Assembly: GCF_964355755.1 (NCBI RefSeq)
Contig: NC_092672.1
Span: 37,640,437-37,704,436, forward strand
Origin: Antedon mediterranea
Lineage: Eukaryota; Animalia; Echinodermata
Length of the DNA stretch: 64,000 bases
Direction: 5' to 3'
The position numbers were made by a program, and so were the translations under genes. Each line of letters starts with the position of its first letter. The first letter of the stretch is position 1. Under the pieces are notes generated by a model. The model ran no database searches. It was not told where the DNA came from and was given only the letters and a program-made list of their open reading frames with translations. This document shows, one piece after another, positions 36,743-49,600 of this stretch.

Positions 36743-39085
36743 TTATACTGGAAGTGTGTCTTTGGTAATAGTAGTTGGCACGGAAACGCACTGTATTCCA
36801 ATGATGTGATTGGACAGTTCTTTGCTTGAGATTCTTAGTTGTGCTTTCGATGCTGAAATACTCGGGATCTGTTTAATTGTCAACAAACCCGTCAAGAAAT
36901 CTGGTAAGATGGAGAACAGACTCCCTCGGCACTTTAACGGAATGCCTTGATACGCACAGTGACCTTTTGCCCACAAACCAGTGAACGTATCGTAGAAAAA
37001 AAAGTGATTGAAATTGCTGACTATGAGAAACTCGTTAAACGCTACTACTTTTGTGTCTCGTAGTTTTTGGAAAGAAGGGATACTTGTGTGTTTTCTTACA
37101 TGCCACTCATCGGTTGTAGGTTCATAAATTTGCTCACAATGTTCCTCTATAAGGAAGATCTTACCAACGCAATCTGCAAATATTGGGCGATAACTCATCG
37201 AGATTTTTGACGGTGGCGGACTCAAATCATTCCATGTTTCCCGTTCGTGGTTATAACTAAAAAACGTTCCGTAACCGCTGTCGTAAATTATGAGCAAATA
37301 AGCAATGTTGTCTAGACTGATCAGCTGGCAATAATTCTTCAGGATGCATGGTGGCGGAATTGTTTTAGCTGAGTTTGTGGCAAGATCAATTAGAAGAATG
37401 TGTCTTTGTTGAGTAACAGCTAAAAGTAAGCCATCTCCTACGCTGGCGACAGATGTCCACATTGAATGGCTTGACGTTTTCTCACTGCAATCTATTTGTA
37501 GATTGCCGTATTCGCACCAGGAGCCTCCTGATTGGTCGTTGGTGTCTGGTACAAAGCAACATGTTTGTAATCGTTGCATTGCTGGCGCTGTATTGTTATC
37601 AACCGTATTATTGTCTTTAGTGAAAGGTGTCCACACAAACATCAAAATCGTTTCATTCGGCGTGATTTGGTTCGATACGTTAGTTACGTTGACAGCGGGT
37701 CTCAATCTATTTATTGGAGATACCTGTTGATAGAGCTTAATCTGAGACAGATGTGACTGGATTTCGGGAACAAAATTTGTGGAAGCACTTATATCATCAT
37801 AGGAAGCTGGTTTCAGATGCGTTTTCAAAGTTGCCAGGATATTAGAGAGTTGCGATGTCCTATCAGTTGCATCATGTTTGCACCATTTATCAAGAGCTTG
37901 TACAAGTACCATCGGAGAATGTAGAAGAACATTCGATGTCGACACAACATCAATCAAATGCAAATCTGTCAGACGTAGAAAGCTGTCTTGTTCGCTAACT
38001 TTCACAAAATCCTGCTGGATGTATTTTTTTGTTGATTGATACAACAAACGGTAGACATGAAATTGACTTGAGAACATAAAAATGTCAACACAATTTTCAC
38101 AGCAGATTTTGTCCAATAAGCATTTTGAAATTTCTGTACAGAGGTCATCCATTTGTAACATGTCGGCCGCTTCCATCAAATCAAACAAATCTGCCATGTC
38201 AGTTGTAACATTTTGATAATAAAGAAATGAAATAATTTGTTCAAGAAGAAACGGGTTAATTTGATACAGATTGACGAACCCTTTGCGATTTTCTGCCATA
38301 TTTGATCCGAACATCGCGTAGAAGTAGTCACTTCGTACAGACAAGATTAAACGATGGCAGAAATAGGTAACAGATTTTGAAGTGATGACCACATCAGACG
38401 ATGAAGTGTCATTCCATATGCTTTTGATATGTTGCACAATTCTCTGAAAGACTTTGTAAGAATGGTCGATCATCTTTCCTTGAGATGTGCCAGTCATTTT
38501 CAGAAAGTCCTCTGAATCTTGGACTAACTCTGGCATCTGTGAATAAAAATAACAATTCATTACAATTTGTCAACATTTATCATTATCATATTGTTTATTA
38601 TCATGTCAGCATTTTTCTTGATTTATGTTTAATAACCATACAAATTTAAAGGTTAGAATGATTGAAAAACAAACTCCTGCATACAATATATGGTCAATAA
38701 ATTCAAATAGTAAATCACAACTCACCTGCAAAAATATTGCCAAATCTAATACGCATTTTGCATTCAATTGCGTTATGTGTAACTGTCCAGTATAAATATA
38801 TTCCACGAGTTGACTCAATATTGTCTTTGCGATTCGAATTTCATGTAATGGTATTTCCAAATTGCGATTGGAGTTGACAGGAATATCTCTTGCATAGCCA
38901 GACACCAATGATAGGATCAGTCTATGACAAGACAACCTGCAGTCAGCATTTCCAATGCTGATATCTGTTAGGAAACCTTGTTTTTGAGCTTCGTAAAGTT
39001 TATTCAGAAGGCTAAAATGATCTTTGCAAGTGTTCTTGATGGTAAGATTCTCTTTTGATGTTTCATTTGTAGGTAACGCATTCAT
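36743..39085 (-). CDS. Kelch-like protein with two BTB domains, BACK domain and degenerate beta-propeller (~717 aa)
   Basis: Exon 38726-39085 (LTDISI..CHRLILSLVSGY..LVEYIYTGQL..AIFLQ) spliced in frame to 36743-38536 (SDVVI..CHRLILSVRSDYFYAMF..AADMLQM..ENC..F; C-terminal YNHERETW and YEPTTDEW kelch-like motifs). Confidence 0.85.
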
Positions 39086-39286
39086 TATAACGGCATGTTT
39101 GTTTACATACTAATATTAATAATTATGTAAATTACGTCGATTCAAACGGTACGGTAAGCCAAACCTAGAAAAAGAGAATTATTAGTATTATGCACTTGTC
39201 AATTGTATGACCCACTATACGACCCCCGGGAGAGGTGCGTCATTTGTCCGATGTGCGTCATACTTTTGAATACCATGACGCACCCG

Positions 39287-42200
39287 CAGCCCACGAAATT
39301 CAGAAAAAATAAGGTCGGCAAAAAATTGCCGACCTTAAATGTGTCGAGGTCGGCAGTCTCGGCAATTTCTAAAAATAGATTTTAAATCGGTCGACAGTCT
39401 AAAATTGAAAATCGTTGTTATTCTCGACATTCTAAAAATAGATATGAATTTTTAATTCACAACATGAATTGTGAATTCTGTGTCCGATGTTTCACATCAT
39501 TAAAATAAAAACATCTTTATTCGAAAAATCTGCCGACAATTCAGATAAAAAACATCGTCAAACGCCGCCGATGTTTGCTAGGCCATAGGCCTAGGCCTAC
39601 TTATAATAACGCACGGATTGACCATGGAGTAAACTCCATAGATTGACGGACAGATTTAGCCAAACTAAGCCTGGCTTAGTTTAGTAAAATAAAGATAAAT
39701 AAAAATAAAATAAAGAGCAAATCATCACTGGGAAGTAAACGTACGTCCGGACAGAGCCGCACAAAGTCTAGACGAGAATAGTTTTGCGATTTTTTTAGCT
39801 ATCGGCCGGCAACGTAAGATATCAACCTCGCTCCTGCCTTTAGCAGCTCGTCGGCTGATTACGGTCGTCGCACATGCATCAACTGCTTTGTATGTGTGTG
39901 TGAAGGAGTGGAAGTAAGAACAGCCTTTGACCCAGAGTAAAGTCATTGACCTTTGTTGAAAACGCTGCATAGCTGCGTACCGCACGTAATTGTAAGGTTT
40001 GTATTTTTTGTTTTGTTTTGAAAGAGAAATTATATGACATTTCAAAATAATTAAAAGACAATACTGTACTGAGCCTATTTGGTGTAATTTATTATAGCAT
40101 CGTATTATTTGTATTATTTAACACAATGGCACAATTACGATAAACATCATCACACACAATTAAAGGCTAAATTGTAAAAAGAAAACACGAAAATATCCAA
40201 AACATTGAGGTACATTTCTTCAACAGTTGAAATTACTATATTGACTGACTAGTAGTATTCATCACCTGATGAATCTGACCATTCACTACCATCACTATCA
40301 GAAGATTCAGGTGTGTCGTCTTCGCTGATGACATCACTATTAGTCGCCGTTTCGGCCGAGGCTTCATTGACTGATTTTTTGTTGTATCCATCGAGACGGC
40401 GTGGGTTTTTCCGTGGTTCCCCATCTGGATACACCGTAAGAAATAACTCGATGGCCTTATTATAACGGTCAACGCTGTAGTCTCGATCGTTACGTAGACG
40501 AAGAATATCAGTCATCGTGGAATTCGTCATCGACTGACGATCTTTGGTGAATGTTCGCCACAAAAACGAAAACACACGTTCTGTTTCAGCGTTTCCAGTT
40601 GGTAGAGCCAAACACAATTCGATTACATGCAAGATGTTGCTTATGCCTAAGGGATGTTTCATCATAAACATTTGCGGCCAAACATTTTCTGGACTTCGTC
40701 CAGCCATGAATACAGAAACGTGATTGCGTAGAATATCTACTTCTGACCAAATCCTTGTCGTGTCGCACCCATTCAATCTTAAAACGACATCAAACCTCTC
40801 AATCACAGTATTTGCGCTGTGGAATAAGTCATCTGTCGTTTTAAATCGATATCCAGATGTATCTAGAAGTTGGGCAACACTGACGAAAAAATGATCTTCT
40901 GTAATACATTTAAGACGCTCATGCATAGAATCTTTTAGGACATGGATAATTGATTGAAATTGCTGCAGACATTTGGTTTTGCTTTCTTCCAACGATCCCT
41001 TGAGCAGATATCCAAAATATGTGTACTTTTGTACTGGATGGTCATTTCTTGTACCCCTCTCTGGCCATAACACAGCATCATCTTCATGGATGTCATCTAT
41101 TAGTTTGGCGGCTGTAGGAAATCGAATCCGATCAGTAAACACATCTGAGTCCGCATCATCGATAATGCTGGACAACGTCGTTATTTTTCGACATATCGAC
41201 TTGCATATCGATACCAACTCTGGTAGAATGATATCGGCTTTCTGTAAAACCTTAGTTAAAGGCCGGATTTCTATGAGTATATCGTACTTTATGGCGTTAA
41301 ATAACAGGTGATCAATGCGGGTCAACATTGATAAAATTCCCTCCAACTTTGGCTTCACTTGAACCATAGACCTGTTATGTGGGTGCGATATTTGTTGATT
41401 GCAGTAGCCTATCAAAATCGGTAAATTATGATTGTACGAGCTCAGTCCGGCAACCTGATGTTCACACCACCTGTTGATGTAATTATATTGAAAATGTAAA
41501 ACCAATATGAAATGCTTTAGAAGTGTGCAATAGGCCTACATCGTACGAAAATGAAAAAAAAAAAAAATTAATTACCTTGTACCATTTGGGCGTTTGTATC
41601 TTTTATGGTTTTGTCCGATTGCTGCCGCAAATCTCTTGAAAAGTCGCCACCTTAGGTTGGCTCGTTTAAATAAACTGTAGGTCGTTAGGACATTTTCTTG
41701 GCTTTTGTGTTCGAGGTCAGAATTTTTAAAAGCATCACGTATGGCCAGCTCTATTTATGAGACGGACACAAGACCAGCATATAGTGGTCTCCTAACTCCG
41801 TCTTTACCAACTCATGGAGTTTTACGTTAACTGCTGCACCGTCCGTGCACATTCCTAGTTCCTATACACAGAAATGAGACCAGCACAATTTTATTGAATA
41901 TTCAATTTATTATACACGCATGGACATTGATACAAAATTCCGTACAAAGGAAATAATTATATATCTTTTAAATAATAGAAATAATTTTTAAATAACCTTT
42001 TTTGCTCTTGGAAAATCCAAGTTGAGCTTTTTTAGACTCTTTTCCATAGCATCTTTCAGGCCCTCTGCCGTACATTCGTCGGGCTCTTCTATAGAAATCA
42101 CATTAAATTTTGGCCGCCCAGTGTGTGCCGTTTTCATTATGAACAACTCCTTTTCATCCATCGTTTTAGCACTTGATGACCCGTCATTTAAGATGCTATA

Positions 42201-43917
42201 GTACAGGACATCATTGCTATTAAGTGTGGTCGATATATTGGATAGCATACTTTTACTCAGGTAGTGTATCATCTCTTTACCCGCTTTCTCACTTACGTGC
42301 CCATTTCCTAAATCTACGCCATGAACGTCACGTTCAAAACGACTGAGATCACCAAAGAACTTAAACGATTTTGTGCTATTTACAATAAAATGAGCTAATT
42401 GAAACTTCATTGTCAGCTGCTTCTTTTGTTTGGCCGAGATGAGACGCAGGTACGGAGACATCGTCGTCTGAACTACTACCCGTTCATCTCCCGTATTTTG
42501 CGTGCATTTTTGAATATCTTTTAGATATGACACAGCTCTCTGATGGGTTACACTTCGTTTGAGATGATCGCTGAAGTTGTTTTTTTTAACCACTTTGGTA
42601 CCAACTATATACGTGTCGGTTAACCCGGATGCAATACCCCTGTTTGTAGTAGACTGTCGTTTACATAAAATGCTATATTCTCGACACGTCTTACACCAGA
42701 CTTTTGTCACTTGATCGTTCTCTACTTCATATTCCAACAGATCAAATTTCCACCTGTCAACAGTTTTTTTGGAAGGCATCTGTAAATTTAAAAACTAACA
42801 TTTAATAATAGGCCTACAGAATAACAATATGTTATTTTTCTTTAGATTTTGATAATATAGCCTTGACCTACGTGTATTATGTATGATATATCATTTATTT
42901 TTTTATTCACAAAAACATATATTAAGCCTAAGAAATACTTGAATATAGGCATTGTATTAGGCCTATGAATGTGTAGGCCTATTTAGAATGATTTTCATGC
43001 AATATACTGTTGTCATTGACAAGTGCTATCTCAATTCCAAATAACATATACAAAAAATCTAACTCGACAATCTAAAACCTAACTTAACGTTTAGCCTACA
43101 TGGAATGACGTATTTATAAGTCAATCGGATTTAAAGTTTTCAAGTAGATTATAAGTAGTAAAAAGTTAACGATTTACCGTTTAAAAACAAGTCAAGACCT
43201 GTGTCCACGACGTCGAACACGATTTTCAGCTTCTGATTGGTTGATAAAGTTCTCTACGTCACGGAGCAAACCATTATAAAGTGGTAACGATCACAATAAT
43301 TGAAATGTCACAAGTGAATATTCATTATATATTTAGCTTAAATTCAATTAAAATATTAATGATCTGCTTTCATCAGCAAAAACATTAAATTTGTTACCAT
43401 TTATTTGTATTTCTTTTTATCATTTCTCTTAAATTTGTTGGGTAAAACCATTTCCGTTACCCACGTACGTCGTAGGCGCGCCAAGCCATAACACATTTCC
43501 CGCTGCCGTGCTGATATCCGCCGGCTAGCATTAAGCTATGCGATGCATATACAATGTACACGTACGACGTGCGTCGCGTGTGTGTACTACTCGACTCCTC
43601 TCTCCAATCTCTGCACAAAGCAAAATATAAACAAGCAGACTGAGACGAAAGTTTTGCTGAAGATATTTTATTGTTAAATGATAGATTAAATACATGCAAT
43701 GATTAATAATATATTAAGTAGGTAATATGTTTGAAGCTTCCAGTATTGTCCTTATTATTAGTAGTAGGTCCTAGCTAGCCTAGGCCTGCCAACTGTAAGG
43801 CCTAGGCTAGCTAGCCTAGGCGTAGTTCAGGTCGGCAACAAAATGCCGTCCTGTAGCAATATGGGGTCGGCAGTAAGGTCGGCAATTGCCGATTGCCGAG
43901 GTGAAATTCGTGGGCTG
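39287..43917 (-). mobile_element. hAT DNA transposon with 6-bp TSD (hAT6-like)
   Basis: TIR cagcccacgaa / ttcgtgggctg; cacccg duplicated on both sides; gtcggca/tgccgac subterminal repeats; encodes a transposase. Confidence 0.88.
40249..42779 (-). pseudogene. hAT (ZNF862-like) transposase, 3 coding exons, one frameshift
   Basis: Exons 41997-42779, 41576-41861, 40249-41470; zinc-finger-like WCKTC..H..H, catalytic DGS, TDGA, CPSH (CxxH), GTRW, NAETERVFS. One base missing at ~41754 gives CAT AAA TAG instead of H-K-(I/L)-ELAIRDAF. Confidence 0.85.
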
Positions 43918-46643
43918 CACCCGTGCGTCAAAAAGGTGACTTACCTTTAGGTGACCATGGCGCACCCATTTTGACGCACTGTGACCATGTTGTTTATGAT
44001 ATGGTTGGTGGTAAAGTGACGGACATTGACACACCTTGTTCATTGATGTGACGTACCATCTAGGTTTTTTGACGCACCCCTGCGTCAGTAATTATTTGTA
44101 AATGACGCACCCATGACGCACCTCTCCATTACAATTGACAAGTGCATTAGTATTATATTAAAAAAAATATTGCAAAATGTGTGAACTCAATTAGGCCTTG
44201 CCTGATATAAATAGAATAGAGGCCTATAATACTATACTGTAGGCTAGGCTAGGTCCAAGAAGGCGCTCCTATATCAAATATATTAAAATGCCAGAATTAA
44301 TTAAATAACTTATTTATTCATGATTAAATCAACAGCAGTAATTCATCGCCCCTAGTATTGTTGGCAATAGACCTACAGCCTACCTAGGCCTAGGGATTCA
44401 GAGTATCATAAAAAAAATGAAAAGGGGCGGATCCTACACGGTCGGTAAGCCATTATTGGTTTTGGGAATTGCCTTGCTGTTAATTGTTGGGATCACATGT
44501 ACAATACACAGCAGCCTGGCTAGCAGCCACATCTAACTACATTTCAAGCTCCCTGTAAAAACATCATAATCCCAATTATTCAAAATCAATAAACATACTT
44601 ACCAATCAGTCTGAATCTAGGCCTAGGCTAAATAAAAACAATAGAATACTGTCTAGTAGGGCCAGGCCTAACGTACCTACATATTAATGTAAATTATGTT
44701 TTTCTTTTCTGGATTTGTGCACTCAAGTGTATCAAAATGTCGAACAGTAGCCAATCACATTTCGTTTTGTCATGACGACATTGTGATGAGTGGAGGAAAT
44801 TTCCAACATGAAAAGCTATAAAATCAGAGCTGAGTGAACTTGTCACCTGTTCATAAAATTATATTACAGTATAATTAATCTTGCTTAGATCTTCGTCTTG
44901 GCCTATGTGAAAGAACATAAATATATAGACACCTAGCTGTAATTAAAACAGTATGATACCGTGAGATCCAACACCTTTAAATAAATTAATATTAATTTAT
45001 TGTGACTAGTATTATTAAAAGTTTATAATTATTTTACTACTCAATAAACAAAAGGTGAGTTCTAATCTACAACAATAGTGTGGTGTTTGATGAGAAAAGA
45101 AGAATGATTTCATATTCACCATTAATATTCCTTTTAAATTACAATCCTGTTGGTCTGGATGACTCGATTCATTTTCTATGTGCCTAGCCCGGCCAAGCCT
45201 CTTCCTGCTGTACATACATATATTATATTATATATATGTTATCTGTTTCTATTGTATTTCCCAAATACAAGAAATATTAATAAAAAATAAAACACATGAT
45301 TTTCCTTCCTTTTATTCTCGATTTTGTAAATAAATGTTTTTTAAACACATACTTTAAAATCGAAAAAAAAAATTATAATAGAAATAAAACCGAAGTAAAT
45401 TACTATTATTATAAACACATCACTGATTTAAGCACAACATTTAATAAGTGGAATCATAAAAATGGTTTTTGGTACCAGACTTGAGAAGCAAGACTAAGTT
45501 TTTTGTTTTAGCATCATGCTCATATTACAGTGCTTACAAATATATAAATATTTATATAAAAATGTTGGTAAGATGTTGCATACTCATATGAGCGTACCGT
45601 AGGCAGAATGATTTTTCGATTGCGTGGTTGCGTAGGGTGCCATGAAACGAAAGGTCACTAAATTGAACCAAACTTGACATTAAAAATGCTTTCTGTTAAA
45701 CAGACTTGGTGGGTTGTGGTATAGATACGATTATTTTACCCTATACGTCATGAAACGATTTTACACTATTCTTCATGAATACTGTAGTAGAGCCTGCCAC
45801 ATTAAATGTACGCTATCTGTTCTTTCTCAACTTGTTTTGTAATCAGTCAATCTTCCTATCCTAAATATTCTATACTTAGTACATAACTTACAATTATAAG
45901 CACAACTATATAAAATAAATGGTAGTATTATTTAATCTAACACTTAATTACAGCGAGAGGTTGGTATAAAAAATAGCATGATTCATTATTAATAAAATGA
46001 TAAAAGCATACATTCATTTTCATCCGCCCATTTTATGAATATTCAGTGGCACTAATTTGAATATTGAATAACGTCATACGAAAAAGTGAATTATTTATTG
46101 ATAAATAATACAAAATATACACAAACAAATATCAAATAATTGTGTAAAAAAAAGTAGCATTATAAAATTGACCCATCAAGTAATTATCTTCCAAGAAGTT
46201 TGCGATTAAAATCATATGACAGTTTTAGTTTTTCCTTGGAACAGATTTGCTGACCCTGCAATGTTTTAATACATTATGTATTAATACAAAAATATTAAAT
46301 CCCACTCCAAACTCAGACACAAGAATTTGGTGATTCTTAATGCTCCGATCATCGTGCCAAATTTCATAAGTAGGCCCATGGGTCTATACTCGGGTCTTAT
46401 ACAGTAATTTGAATATCCAGGAACACTGAGAGTGACACGTCATAATTATGGAAGACCACCTGCTCCTCTTGCAATGTACAACATGATGATTTTGTCAGTT
46501 AATTTCATCAAAATCATTGTTTTGTTTAAAATTTGACAAAACAGATTCATTCCCAGCTGTCTTTATGTTCGTCTCCACCTAACAAAACACTATGTCTCTT
46601 TCAATATACAAGCTTACACTGATCTCCTTCAAGATTTCATTTA

Positions 46644-49600
46644 TCAATGTTCATCAATTAGAGGTGTTGAATCCCCACCTAGGGCTGGTGTTGATAGCGA
46701 CATAGGACTTGGTACATAGGCTGGGCTAGGCTGTGTTCTAGGGCTAGGATTAGATTTGTTCTGTCTTGTCTTTGCCCACTTGGCTGCAGCTTCAGCCCAA
46801 TCTGTAGCTGGTGTTGCGGAAGGCCTAGTAATAGAAAAATGAAATAAGTTTTACTATATCCTAAGCAATTAATGTAACTTATAACAGATGAAGACTTCTC
46901 CTTTTCTTATCACTTAACATTTTTTTAAGCCTTGTCTACACAATCAAACTTTATATATGACAAAAAAATGTGATGTGCCTATATATGGACATGATGAGGT
47001 CATATCACTACCATATTTAAGCATATCATTACCATATTTGGGCACATCAAACTTTTTTTGTCCAACTAGTTTGATAGTGTAGACAGAGCTTTAGATTAAA
47101 ATAAATATAAATTAACATACCTTGGTGTTTGCCGGGAGGACTGCCTGTTCCCACTTTGACTTGATGAGGAGCCCCAGCTTTGTCTTGGTGTTGCTTGATA
47201 ACGTGGTGTCTGTCGTGGGGTCATCCCAGGTCCCTGTCGTGGAGTCATACCAGGTCCCTGTCGTGGAGTCATACCAGGTCCCTGTCTTGGGGTCATCCCA
47301 GGTCCCTGTCTTGGAGTCATACCAGGTCCCTGTCTTGGAGTCATGCCAGGTCCCTGCCGAGGAGTCATTCCTCCAGCTGTCTGGCGGGGAGTCATTCCTC
47401 CTGCTGTGTGTCGGGGAGTCATTCCTCCAGCTGTCTGGCGGGGAGTCATTCCTCCAGCTGTCTGGCGGGGAGTCATTCCTCCAGCTGTCTGCCGTGGGGT
47501 CATGCCTGGTCCCTGTCTGGGTGTCATCTGGTAGGAGGGTGTCATTAATTGTGGAGTTGCATATGGCTAAAAAAAAGGAAAAAAATAGTTAAGAACACAT
47601 ATAGCCATGGCCTCTGAGATTCAATGAGATAAACTTTGTGAGGAGCGAAACAAAGAAATAAATTGGCTAAATCCTTATTGAAATACAATGACATAAACAA
47701 TGCCAATTCTTACATTCATTTGTGAGATACCACCAAAACCACCATATGAGGCACCAGTTCTAATCTGTGGAGTTTGTCGTGGGGTCTGACGTGGGGTGTG
47801 TCGGGGTGTTTGTCTGGGCGTCGCCCCTGGCGTGACACCCATTGCAAACATCCCACTTGGGAATGAGCTGACAGCTTTCTGGAGAAGAGCAGTATCAACA
47901 CCTGAAAGTAAATGTACAAAGTTTTATTATAAATACAAATGTTGTTAATAAAAAATTACTATAACAGTTAGAAGACTGAAAACAACATGGATGGCAAACA
48001 TCAAAGAGGAAACTTTTCACATGCAGACCTATACACATGCAGACCTATACACATGCAGACCTATACACATGCAGACCTATACACATGCTTGCTCAAAAAC
48101 GAACACAAGTGAGACGTGCAATGTCTAATGACGATTAGCGTTTTTAAGATGACTATAACATAGCATGTCACACTGTTATGAATGGGTCAGCATAAAAAAT
48201 AAAAATAGTCAATATAAAAATTGTGCAGGGTTACTTTACATGCAGCACTGCCATATAAAGCATAGTATATAGTATTCAAATAATGAATGTAAACTGTATG
48301 GAGGAAAGGAACTTACTGGCAAGGTTAAATGCAGCTGGATCATGGAATAGTATGTACTATTGCACGCCATGTGACCCACAATCGTCCACTCAAATGACCA
48401 GAATTAATTTAGTTATAATACCAACTATTAAATATAAACTGTACGGATGAAAGGTACTTACTGGCAAGGTTAAATGCAGCTGGAGTGCCTTCGTTTGCAG
48501 GAGTTCGCTGATGAGAACGAGGTGTTGGGTTCATTCCTAAAAAAGTATTAAAAAAATAATTACACAATATTATCTTTCATATAATATTGTAGTTATTTTG
48601 CTGGAAACATAACATTTCTCTCAACCCAGTAAAGTTCTGTGTTGGAACCTTGGCTTTGGGACTCTATCTGTATCTATAACGTACAATCACAATCTGTGGT
48701 TATCGCGTACGTTGGTTAAGGTCATCTGCAAAAATATTAATTTAAAGTGAAGATTGCTTTTGAGAAATTACTTTTGATGTCAATAGTGTTCAGTTGAAAA
48801 GGTGCAATATTTGGTGCACGCCGAATGTTTAATAAATAAATTGTAAAAATAGGCAAGATTGCGACTACCTACCTGGTATGGGATCCCTGAAATGTTCCTT
48901 GAACCAGCGAAGTAAAGCATTGAGTGAACTATGTATTTGTTGCCGATAGCGATAACCGTCTGGCATTAGGGATACGTATTCCATTCTTGGCTTTAATCGG
49001 GGCTGGTACGCCAAGGCTAACTTTCCGGGAAATTCCTTGGAGAAACTTAAGAAGTAGGGTATCCGGGATGGAGTTTTGTTTTTTTCTTTTTCTAAAAGTT
49101 TATAGAGGACATCACGTTTACCACCATTCGCAGCAATGAAACATTTGTGCATTAAAACATCACGAGCAAAAGATGCCATTGGCTGAATGTGGCGAGCAAT
49201 GATTTCATCAAGATCTTCAAATGGCTGGAAAAAGAACAAAAATTGTTTAAAGTTTTAAAAAAAATGTGTTGCATAATGGTAGCCAAAATAATTTTCACCA
49301 GAGTGCTTGCTACTTGATTCTCAGTGCTGTTATCTACACATCAGACAATATTTGCACAGTATCATAGGAAAAAGGAGTAACAAATCATCTATGTGTTTCA
49401 CATTGTTCTACCTGTTGGGTTAATGATTACATTATGCTCTATACTGTGTGAAACACATGTGATTCTGTATTACAGAATTGTCCTATGATACAGTATGGAA
49501 AACGGGTGCTTAATTTTTACTTTCTGATTCACACTCACCTCTTCATTAATCCACAATGACTGACCAAGACTGAAGGCATTTTCTTTTCCTTCTTCTCGGA

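Larger units (their letters stand above)
39191..44146. mobile_element. Outer non-autonomous element with 9-bp TSD (Mutator-like MITE), host of the hAT insertion
   Basis: TIR tgcacttgtcaattgta / tacaattgacaagtgca; TSD ttagtatta at 39182-39190 and 44147-44155; subterminal tgacgcac/gtgcgtca repeats. Confidence 0.8.

Noticed and set aside
47122-47592. Plus-strand repetitive ORFs over the SPT6 tail
   Set aside because: Antisense readings of the 24/27-bp coding repeats.
49340-49400. Possible box C/D snoRNA in an SPT6 intron (AUGAUU...CUGA with ACACA/UGUGU stem)
   Set aside because: Imperfect C box, only ~48 nt between boxes, no recognisable rRNA antisense element.
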